From the NCBI GenBank assembly GCA_004431415.1, contig QPMI01000425.1, positions 55,262-119,261 on the forward strand: 64,000 nt of DNA, written 5' to 3'. Under the pieces are notes generated by a model. That model saw only the letters and a program-made list of their open reading frames with translations. It searched no databases and was not told where the DNA came from. This document shows positions 21,453 to 32,700 of the stretch, piece after piece (position 1 is the first letter of the stretch; each line of letters starts with the position of its first letter). This stretch comes from Cyanophora paradoxa CCMP329 (lineage: Eukaryota; Plantae; Glaucophyta). The position numbers and the translations under genes are program-made.

Positions 21453-22739
21453 TTAGAAGAACGGATTATTTTTTACAGCCACCCCACTCAACGCATTCGT
21501 TAAATTTCCGCAATGAGGGTAGTCCTCATATAGCATTTTTGCGAATCCCTTATTAACAATGCGCTGTAAATCGTCGTCGGGCTCATCCACTCCCATAGTA
21601 ATTTCCAAAATGAATGTGTGCTCGCAGCTTCCGAGGAAATACCTATAACCGCTCTCCGTGAGAATTTGAACGGTTAAACTATCAAAGGAGAGGCGGGTGT
21701 TAAAGTATTTCGTGAAAGCATCCGCCCCATAATTAATTAGCTCAGCATCAGCATAGGCTGTGCCTTTCGAAATCGGGATCTTAGCGAGGAATCCATTAGT
21801 AGCCTCGGTGCATGTCGTAAAAAGCGAGCAGTCCGGCTCTGTGATCTTTAAAACTATTGCATTATCCGGTGTATAATCAGGGGCAGTGCCTCCGGCTATG
21901 CCTAAGACCAGAGCCGTCGAATTATAATTGCGGAATGCATCACCAGCTGAGTAAACGACACCACTCCCAGCAAAGGCTGTGTAGCCCGATCCGTTGTATT
22001 GATCTATCATTATATTCTCTCTGATCGATGTAAACCCGAGAAGAGTCATCGTGCGATAGGCGAGCACCTTTCTTTCATTCGCAGTAGACCCAGTGGCATT
22101 ACTCGGTCCATATTTCGTGAAAGCTATGTAGACATAATCACTCGAATAAAAGCATATGGCATTTAATGTGCTCTCAAAACGACATCGCACCACCGGGTAA
22201 AAGGTTCCCCCTGTCGATGCGTAGCTTGGATTAATTTTTGTGTCGATCATATCCTTGATGTAGTTGCCAGTTCCATTTTTCGTTAAGATGTTATCGATTG
22301 CAGTGGCAAGGTCGGTTCCAGTGGAGTATGTGCCAGGAGGGATCGTAATCGCTACGTCCCTGTATCGGGTATATCTTCTGAAAGTGTTTAGGTAATCAGG
22401 CGGTATATAGTTGCCTTGGTCGCCGAAATCTATCGCTTTGTATGCTTCGTATATTGCAGTTGCCTGTGAATCTCTGATTTCCTGAGTGGCACCATTCAGC
22501 TGACCGCTCGAAAATCGGTAAGGAAATGATATGAAAATCGTATTTGCATCATCGGCTTTTGTCTCCCCGATTTCAGTATAGAATTGAGGGCTTGGAACCG
22601 TGGGAATCGTGTTGGAAAACTCGATCTGTCGCACAGCGATGCTCTTCACATTGTGGTATTGCTTTGGAAGGGTCACCTTATAGGAATGAGCCGAGCCCTC
22701 TGATCGATCACGGCTACTGATGCTGAGATACTCTCGCAT
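21453..22739 (-). CDS. Minor capsid (penton-like) protein 1
   Basis: ISSRDRS...SYKVTLP...NVKSI...EFSN at the N-terminus and LTVQI...HTFILEI at the C-terminus, as in PLV/NCLDV pentons; start MREYL at 22739. Confidence 0.8.
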   Translation of the reverse strand: MREYLSISSRDRSEGSAHSYKVTLPKQYHNVKSIAVRQIEFSNTIPTVPSPQFYTEIGETKADDANTIFISFPYRFSSGQLNGATQEIRDSQATAIYEAYKAIDFGDQGNYIPPDYLNTFRRYTRYRDVAITIPPGTYSTGTDLATAIDNILTKNGTGNYIKDMIDTKINPSYASTGGTFYPVVRCRFESTLNAICFYSSDYVYIAFTKYGPSNATGSTANERKVLAYRTMTLLGFTSIRENIMIDQYNGSGYTAFAGSGVVYSAGDAFRNYNSTALVLGIAGGTAPDYTPDNAIVLKITEPDCSLFTTCTEATNGFLAKIPISKGTAYADAELINYGADAFTKYFNTRLSFDSLTVQILTESGYRYFLGSCEHTFILEITMGVDEPDDDLQRIVNKGFAKMLYEDYPHCGNLTNALSGVAVKNNPFF

Positions 22740-22766
22740 TTTATTCTTTATTAATAGGAAATAAAA

Positions 22767-23741
22767 ATGATTCGGAAGCCAGTTAACGATTTCTATAATG
22801 GCAAGTTTACGAGGGTCAATGTTAATATCGATTCTATTGAGCGCAGTGCAGGGCACCCGGGAGAATATACAGTAAAGCTTTCTCAGCGACTTCTGAACGT
22901 AAAAGGGGTGCGCATTGCGAGCGCCGAGCTCCCAAACACGATTTATGCTGTCACCGATAATTCCAGAGGCGTGACCATACAGGGAATGACGAACAGCATC
23001 ACCTTTTCCCCTTTCCCTGATATAGGAAACTACACCCCCGCGATTTGGGGATATGGTAATAAGAACTTAGGCTATTCGGGCAGCTTTGTAGATGTGGATC
23101 CTCTCACAAGCGAAAGCGTCACAGTCTACTACAAGTGGCTCTATAATCCAGCGACTATGAAAATTACGTTTTATTCGAGCATTCCCCTCACACTGAGCTG
23201 TGCACATGACGACTTCGCAAGGTTCCATGGAATGATCAAAGGGGATATTTATCAAACAATTCCAGTTGGTGAGGGTTCAGAGCATCTCACGGTAGACTAT
23301 TTACCCCTCACACCCAGCAATCCAAAATACTCATTTCTACAAGCCTATGAGGGCAAAACAAAATACCCCGCCGGAATATCTGTGCTTCCATTCCCTCTCG
23401 AACATGCAGTGACCTTCCCAAATGCGATTAATCTAAATCCGACCCCCTATGTTTACCTACAAATTAAAGAGTTTACTCCCTTTTACGACAGGTATATGGT
23501 AGCAGCAAAGACAGATGAGGGCGGAAATGCAAACCTCGCTAAGATCCCACTAACCAGCCCCTTGGGATCGTTTGTTTACTACCTGACATTCCGCAGAATC
23601 GATACTGTGGAGTTCTTTAATTCCCACGATCAGGCTTATGATATAGACACCCTCACAATTAAATGGCTCGATGCCTACAATAATGTAGTCGACTTTAATG
23701 GCGTTAATCACAGCTTTATATTAGAGGTGCTATCGGGTTAA
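22767..23741 (+). CDS. Minor capsid (penton-like) protein 2
   Basis: NIDSIERS...YTVKL...SAELPNTIY; LTIKWLDAYNNVVDFNGVNHSFILEV. Confidence 0.85.
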   Translation: MIRKPVNDFYNGKFTRVNVNIDSIERSAGHPGEYTVKLSQRLLNVKGVRIASAELPNTIYAVTDNSRGVTIQGMTNSITFSPFPDIGNYTPAIWGYGNKNLGYSGSFVDVDPLTSESVTVYYKWLYNPATMKITFYSSIPLTLSCAHDDFARFHGMIKGDIYQTIPVGEGSEHLTVDYLPLTPSNPKYSFLQAYEGKTKYPAGISVLPFPLEHAVTFPNAINLNPTPYVYLQIKEFTPFYDRYMVAAKTDEGGNANLAKIPLTSPLGSFVYYLTFRRIDTVEFFNSHDQAYDIDTLTIKWLDAYNNVVDFNGVNHSFILEVLSG

Positions 23742-23759
23742 AATAATCTTATATTACAA

Positions 23760-26700
23760 ATGAGTATCACGAATCTCCCCTTTATCACTCGGGAAACCTT
23801 GTATTTGGATGACGGTTTCGAGCTCAGCAGTAACATTACCGCTTCCAATGTGACCATATCTTCGAACCTTGTGGTAAAAGACTTTCTATTAAATCAGAGC
23901 AACCTTGAATATATTGATATCACCAGCAATCTCCCTTTTACCTATGGCACTGATAACTCAGCCCTCGTTATCTATCATGGGGGCTCGCCTGTTGCATTCT
24001 TTGGCAGCAATTTCCCCACAGTGAGAACCTTCAAGCACGAAATCAATAAAGCCCGCCCCATCCCACTGACAGCTGTCGTCGAATGGGATCCTGTTAAGTA
24101 TTCGCAGAGCATCACAAGCAATATCACCCTCACTCGACCGCATTTAATTGATGTCATGGGGGTCGACCTTGTAAAGGAGTTTTATAGCGAGCGATTTACC
24201 AGAAATGAGCGAGATGTAGCCCAGGATCTCGAAATTTCTGGTTTATCAATTGCTACCGCAGCAAACACGGCAGGGCTCGCCGTTCTAACAGGAGCTATCA
24301 CCATCACTGATGCGATCATGTATTTATCCCGCGATTTGGTGCCTTTGCTCGATCATCAATTTAATCTCGGGCAATCTAACACTGATGCTGTTAAGAAATG
24401 GCTCAATGTGTATGCCTATGATGGGTGGTTTGATGACTTGCACACGACCAATTTTTATAGCACGACCTCAAAAACAAGTAACATAATCTTGCCTTTCAAT
24501 CACTCAGTCCGACCCAGTGATTTACCCACTGATGAGAGAGCTCTGATCAGCTATAACGACTTTAACAGCAATCTTTCCCGCTCAGTTTCGCGAACTGAGA
24601 CCTACACTGTCGAGGGATACCCTCAGCAGCTCGCAAATGGGGTCTATGTCGCTTATGTAGGCAAACCTACATATACATTCACTTGGGATCAGTTGGGTGT
24701 CACAGGTTTGGAGAGTATACCCACTGTTTCATTGGTGGATCACACAACTTATTATAATCCTATCACTAACAATAATGAATCTAATAAAGCGTTTATCCAA
24801 AATGTCACCTCCACAGGGTTTCAGGTCTCGTTTGTCATTAACGAGACATACAATTTACTTATCATCCGAAACAACTCATTGAGTTCCGAAGCTACTATTA
24901 GTTTCACTCTCACCATCAATTACATTAGCCCTGTATTCGATAGCAAACCCAGAGTAAAGGTTTACCGAGATTTACAAGGTAGCAATATCGTGCCCTTCTC
25001 ACAGAATTTCGATCTTGGGGCGAATTCTTTAAGGTGGAACACAGTTTATTCTTTGAGTGCAAACACCTGTAATATTGTGGTCGCAGGATCATCGGCTACT
25101 ATTGGAGAACTGACCGCCCCTTTTAGAAAGGAGTATCTCAGAGAACTGTATATAACAAAGTCTGATTTACCAGATGCTATTTCGTTGGTGCTCTCCCCCA
25201 CTCCCAGTATATCCTATCACAATGTGAAAGACACAAGTAATGTAGTGCAGAGGGGAAGCAAAGTATTCCAGGCATCCGAGATATCAGCATCAACATATAG
25301 ATACCTTGCAGGGGTTCCAGCGAATTTTAATTTCACATTTGAGACACCATTTGTTTCCCCTCCTACTATTGAAATAACTGACACGAATTTGTATGTGATC
25401 AATAATGGGTCGACCACCTCTATTAACAATGCACCAGCCGGCTACTCCCCATTTGTTGCAACTAACATAACAACCACCGGCTTCACACTTGTCGGAAATG
25501 CAACAGTGACATATGCTCTTACAGCATATCCTGTTGGGTTGTATTTTGCGAAATTTAATCTTTCAGCGATCCCACCTGTGTCCCTTTCTCCTCCCTTTAC
25601 TATCAATTGGAAGGCAACAGGAACTATTCCGCGATTTGACCCCGAAGACCGCTTGAAAATAAGGTATCCTCTCGATGTGACCGACCTCCATACTACGAGA
25701 ATAAATGGGCAGAATTTCGTATTTAATGGAACCAATGCAACTCTGATCGATAATCGAGTAACGAATAATTACTTTTTCGATTCTCGATATATTAATACTT
25801 GCAATATTGTCATACAGAACACGTTTGAGAATCGAAGTAAGACCTTATCAGTCACCTTGCCCACTCACTCGAATGTCTCAGATGGATTTCACTATTATCT
25901 TTTCAATCGCAATTACACCTCATATATTCCATACCCTTCTGAGACTGTCAACATGAGCTATCCCAGAGTCACCCTTACATCGACCAATGCTGACTTCTTT
26001 GGATCCACGGACTTTATGACCTTCTTTGCTTTCACATCGTCCACAGATGGTCTCTTAGTTTATTACACTTTCAGATATGATGCTGTTTGGACTCAGCTTG
26101 ACAGCCACCCAAATACAGATGTAATCGAAGTGGGCGATAAGAAATATATTAAAACCGCTTCCCCATGGGTGTGCACTGTCCGGCTCGATGATAGATACAC
26201 TCCCAACCTAAATAGCATCGGAATGCACTCGACTTGCAATATTTATGTGCAAGGTGCAATTTCGGCTACCAAATATTTCGAGGGTGGGAACTGTGATGCA
26301 GCCCATAGGTTGCTATCGAGAAATGGGCTCTTTGAGTCATTTAGTGGGACAGCTCTACCGCCATTTATCAGGGACACAGTCTATGATACTACATGCAATA
26401 TTTGGGTGTGCCGATCTGTGAGCAATCCACCTGTGACAAAGGAATTATATAAATATCTCTCAGATACCTATGGTGCAATTACAGGGTCTTCAACAGGAAA
26501 TCCAGCAACGGCTCCCATCGTGTTTGCGAATGCATACACAGCGCCGACATCATTAGCAGGGTCGACAGAGCCGCCACCAAACGATCCCAATCCGAACCAG
26601 CCTAACCCAGATCCCGATTCAAAAGATCCCCCTACAACTAATCCAGATCCAAACACACCACCGGCTATGTGGATGCACATTGCAAATGGGATCGGCTATG

Positions 26701-29700
26701 TGGATGCTATGGCAGGCACAGCCTTTCGAAATCTAAATTGCAACTGTGTGGGAGGGTGGATGTTTCAGATCTGTTCAAATGTCGATCCTACTATTGATCC
26801 CGCCACGATTACCTTTGATTGCAATTTATTCGCCCCCAAAACCATTTTCTCCATCACTTGCAATCTTGTTAATTCGGATGTTCCCATTATAGCACCTATT
26901 ATTGGGGCAAGTAACATATATATACAAAAAATGCCTGTGGCTACTCAGGACTTTGTGTCGTCCAATTACCTATCCCTTGCAGGTGGAACAATTACAGGTG
27001 ATCTGACAGTGAATGATACATTAGAGATAAAAAACAAAATCCTTATTGGAAACAATGAGATTTTAAGGGCGCCTTTAAACTTCTTAGATTTCGATGCTGG
27101 GGGTTTGTCTCAATGCCTTCTACGATTTAATGCAAGTTTAGATGATGCTTGGGAAAATAATGTATTGGTCTTTGAACTTGTTAATAAGGGAAATGCTAAT
27201 GTTATCCAAAAACTGATACAGTCAGGAAGCGTAGTATTCAAAACTTCGGGAGGTCCTAATAACAAACCCTTTTATGATGTAGCAGAGACCAATAGCTTCT
27301 CTACATTCCGTTATTCCTTCTCTTCTACAAATGCAGCAGGTTATGAAACGATTGATTTCAGTGGAGGGATAACTATTGCATGTGTGATTAAATTAAGAAG
27401 CGCTGAACCGCTTGAACCTATTTTACAGTTTGATGGATCTTCTTCACTTGGTAGTGTAGGGCAGATTTGGAGTATCTCCAAAGGTCAATGGGGTGATGGT
27501 TTCGTTTTAAACATCAGTAAATTAGACCAATCTACTTTCAGGGTTCCACTCACACTTGACGAAGTGGATTCTTGGACAATCTATGACATCACAATAACAA
27601 GCACATCCGTGAAAGTGGGTGTTAATGCAAAAGAGAGACAGACTTTTTCAATTACAAATGGTTCTCACCTACCCCGAAATGATGTAAAGTATGTATATTT
27701 GGGAAGTCAATACTCGAAATTCGACCTGTGCGAATTCTATTGTTTCACAAGAGTCTTAACAGCCGAGGAACTATATAATTTACGATGGTATCTTCATCAA
27801 TTCTACGGATTTGTGGAAGACCCTACAAACCCAATACCAAGAGATGATAATAAACTACTCATCAAGACTCAGGAACTACAAGTAACAGGGATGAACTTAG
27901 CAACCACCAATGGTGTAGCAGCATTACTTACAGAATTCACAACCTCGAATGTAGTAAACGGATGGTTAAATAAATACACCACTTCAAATGTTGTGGAGGG
28001 TTGGATTGCAGATTCAGAAGCGTTGTTAGATAACTACTTACCATTAACAGGTGGAACTATCACAGGAAATCTTAGCGTGAGCAATCAAGGGAACACTGAC
28101 AGCAAACTCAAAATATATGAGAACACTTTCAAATTGGATTATTTGGATGTCTCGACGTTTAATGTCCTTTCAGTTCTTAATGTTTTCGTTTGGGTCAGAG
28201 CAAGGGACAACATGAAAGATGGAACGATAGTGAGTGGACTTGGAAACGGAGCAGGAGACGTTTGGTTTGATAATAACCCTGAGACACCGAATTTTCTTCT
28301 TGGGTTTGGTAATGTTGCTGGGAACTCGACACAAATTAAGAATAATGGAGGTCCTAACAACAAACCTTATTTTAATTCGTATCCTACAATTAACTTCAAC
28401 TTTTCAGCCTATAATACGTGGGGGGCTGAGTGTGAACTTTTCATGAGCCAAACTTCACAGCAACATTTAACTGTGTTTTTCGTCGCGAAATTCACAGATA
28501 CAGCACCTCCAAATGTAGAGAACGTTTTATCTTTGAGTTATGGAACCACAAATTGGAGCATCAATAAATGGAATAATGGTGCGACTTGTTATATTCAGGT
28601 TTCTAATGGGGTTGGAGCAGCAGGATTAGGTGAAAGCACTTCACCAAGTAACGCAAAAGCAGAAATTACATACTCCGAAATGACGACATGGACACTCTAC
28701 GAAGTAACAGTCTCTCCTTCCACTGTTACATTTGGGATCAATGGTAGCAATAGAAGTGTTGCAAATGTTACAAACATGTTCCCCAATAACCTTGTTACTG
28801 AAAGTCGTATTGGCTCTTCAACCTCCAAACAAGATTTAGCAGAGCTAATAGTGATTATTAAACCAACAACAGAAATCGTGAAGGACAACATACGAAGTTA
28901 TCTCCTCCAAAAATACGGCTATCCTGAGCCATTGGACAATCCTTTCGCCAGTGACCCTAACAAACTTCTTCTCCAAACAAACAGTCTGAGAGTTACAGGA
29001 AGTCTTATAGCTAACAACCTCCAATATACAGCACCAGCACCAGGAGGTGGTTTTATTATCAAAGATTTTCAAACAAGTTCAAGCCTTCAAGATGCAGAAA
29101 TTACTGCTATCAATGCCCAAATTACACAGATACAAGAAAGCATAGATAGTATCAATACCAATTTAGAACCTTTAACCACTTCTAATATAGTTGAAGAATG
29201 GATAGCACCTTTAACGGCATCGAATGTGGTTCATGAATGGATAGCACCTTTAACGGCATCGAATGTAGTTCAAGAGTGGGTAGCTCCCCTGACTGCTTCC
29301 AATGTAGTCCAGGAGTGGATAGCCCCCCTGACTGCTTCCAATGTAGTTCAAGAGTGGATAGCCCCATTGACTGCTTCCAATGTAGTTCAAGAGTGGATAG
29401 CACCACTGACTGCTTCTAATGTGGTTCAAGAATGGATTGCTCCAAAGGCAGATATGATCGCCATTAAAGATCATGTTTCTTCCAACTACTTACCACTCAC
29501 AGGTGGAACAATCACAAGCAATTTGAGTGTCAATGGAAATCTCGCCATTGGTTCGAATACATTGCAAGAGTTGAACAAAGATTACTACCAAATAACAGCA
29601 AGCAATGATCCCGCTTCTAGTATTCCCAATTGCCTCTTTGCATGGAAAGCCTCAGGGGTTCATGGTGAATCCGCATTCAATTCCAATCTTTTCAATAGAG

Positions 29701-32700
29701 TCCCAAATGCTTTGATTCCATCAATTAAAGTGGCTTTTGGAAACAGTTCGTATTTTACATCAAATGCAGAAATCAATAACCAATTCACTATAACAACTCC
29801 TTCCGTAGACAGTATGGCTGCATTTTCCTATCCGCATGTAACAATAGATTGGTCATTAGGATTCACATACTTTGCGATAGGTAAATACAACCAGTCACCA
29901 AGTGTTGTTGATCATCTACGGATAATGAGGACAGAATCACCAAACAGAACTGTTTATTATGGTATCAAGTCAAATACAACACTTGGAATGACAAGTTTTG
30001 TAATATCGGGAGCGCTACAAGCGACCCCTTCTATCACTGTTCCTTCTATGCTAAATAAATGGTATTACACAGACCAAACAATCACCTCCGATTCTTATAC
30101 AGTAGGTTTGAATGGTGTAGATATCCAAACTGTCACAGGGACTAATTATTTGCCTAATTCCAGAGTAAACTTTTTTGGACTTGGACTGACTGTTGGAGGT
30201 AGTATTGCCGAAATTATAGTATTCAACAGAGCATTGACAAATGATGAAAAACGTGATGTGAGGTATTATATTCAACAAATGTATGGGTTTCCAATTACTC
30301 AACCTCTGACATTTTACAGGGGGTTAAAGATCACATCACCTGAGACAGTGATTGATAATCTTACTGTTACAAGTAATGCTAATCTTCCTCATCATCCAAC
30401 ATCAAATGTGGTTCAAGGTTGGATACAAAACCACACACACACGAAAGCGCAAATTACAGATTTCGCCCATACTCACACCAAAGATCAGATCACAGATTTC
30501 GCCCATACTCACACCAAAGATCAGATCACAGATTTTGCCCATACTCACACCAAAGATCAGATCACAGATTTTGCCCATACTCACACCAAAGATCAGATCA
30601 CAGATTTTGCCCATACTCACACCAAAGATCAGATCACAGATTTTGCCCATACTCACACCAAAGATCAGATCACAGATTTTGCCCATACTCACACCAAAGA
30701 TCAGATCACAGATTTTGCCCATACTCACACCAAAGATCAGATCACAGATTTTGCCCATACTCACACCAAAGATCAGATCACAGACTTTGCCCATACTCAC
30801 ACCAAAGATCAGATCACAGATTTTGCCCATACTCACACCAAAGATCAGATCACAGATTTTGCCCATACTCACACCAAAGATCAGATCACAGATTTTGCCC
30901 ATACTCACACCAAAGATCAGATCACAGATTTTGCCCATACTCACACCAAAGATCAGATCACAGACTTTGCCCATACTCATCTATGGGAGCATATCACAAA
31001 TCCTCCATTAACTTTCCCACCTGATTCACATACTCATGATTATTCCGAAATCACAAACTCTAACCACAGACATCCGTGGAACGAAATCGATTTACAACCT
31101 ACTTTCGCCTCAGCAGGTAATGTTATGAATGATGGGACGAATGGTGTGAGTCTCTACCAAAAGATAGACATTGCCGAAAGGTTACAATTAAATGACTATT
31201 ACGTTAATCGAAAAGGAATTGAAGCAGGCACCACAATGGATGGCGAATTATACATTAAACAACCTTCAAGATCTCAAATGGTTTCAGCAGGTGGGGTGGG
31301 GGTTATAGATACCAAACCAGGTCTGTTTTTGACAAGTTATTATAATGATGATATTCCATTAACAGCAGGTTTACCACCACTTCCATTAGATCCAGTGAGT
31401 TATGATGATAAAGACGCCATTTTACAAGTGAACGTTACAGATGTAAGCGCAACCGATGGATCAAGACCGAAAATAATATTTAGTCGCTCGAAATTCAATT
31501 ATGTCCCACTTGTGGGACAACCATATGATGGTCACGGGAAATGTGAGATGGCGTGGATCAAAACATTAGCAGGTGGCGCCCTTGAAGTCAATCAGAGAAT
31601 GGCGGCGAAAAACTTACACAATGAAACCCTTTCAGGTATTGTTACAGATGATTACCTTGAAAGCAAAAATTATGTAGATGATACAGAACTTGCAGCAATT
31701 CGTGAAGATTATGTGACAAAACCAGAACTTCAAGAATATGTGACTGAACCTGAACTTAATGTAGCATTATCTAATTATCTACCACTCAAAGGTGGAACCA
31801 TCACGAGCAACTTGGTTGTGACAAGCAACCTTACAGTTGGAGGAAAAATACAAATGGGAACCGGAAGCTATTTAGAATCTTATCGTGAAAATAAATATCG
31901 AATCACTTCCAATTTTGATCCAGCTTCTAATATTTCAAATTGTCTTTTTGCATGGAAAGCCTCAGGTGTTCACGGTGAATCCGCGTTCAATTCTAATCTT
32001 TTCAATAGAGTCCCAAATGCTTTGATTCCATCAATAAAAGTGGCTTCGGGAAACACTTCATATTTTACATCAAATACAGAAATCAATAACCAATTCACTA
32101 TAACAACTCCTTCCGTAGACAGTATGGCTGCATTTTCCTATCCGCATGTAACAATAGATTGGTCATTAGGATTCACATACTTTGCGATAGGTAAATACAA
32201 CCAGTCACCAAGTGTTGTTGATCATCTACGGATAATGAGGACAGAATCACCAAACAGAACTGTTTATTATGGTATCAAGTCAAATACAACACTTGGAATG
32301 ACAAGTTTTGTAATATCGGGAGCGCTACAAGCGACCCCTTCTATCACTGTTCCTTCTATGCTAAATAAATGGTATTACACAGACCAAACAATCACCTCCG
32401 ATTCTTATACAGTAGGTTTGAATGGTGTAGATATCCAAACTGTCACAGGGACTAATTATTTGCCTAATTCCAGAGTAAACTTTTTTGGACTTGGACTGAC
32501 TGTTGGAGGTAGTATTGCCGAAATTATAGTATTCAACAGAGCATTGACAAATGATGAAAAACGTGATGTGAGGTATTATATTCAACAAATGTATGGTTTT
32601 CCAATTACTCAACCAATCTTAACTCGGGAAACTCTTAATATTGTAGGAAAAGACAGATTAACACTTAGCAATTTGGAGATACCCACACACAATCACACAA

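Noticed and set aside
30432-30971. 36-bp repeats resembling a CRISPR array
   Set aside because: The units are contiguous with no spacers, in frame within a 3451-aa ORF, and no cas genes are present.
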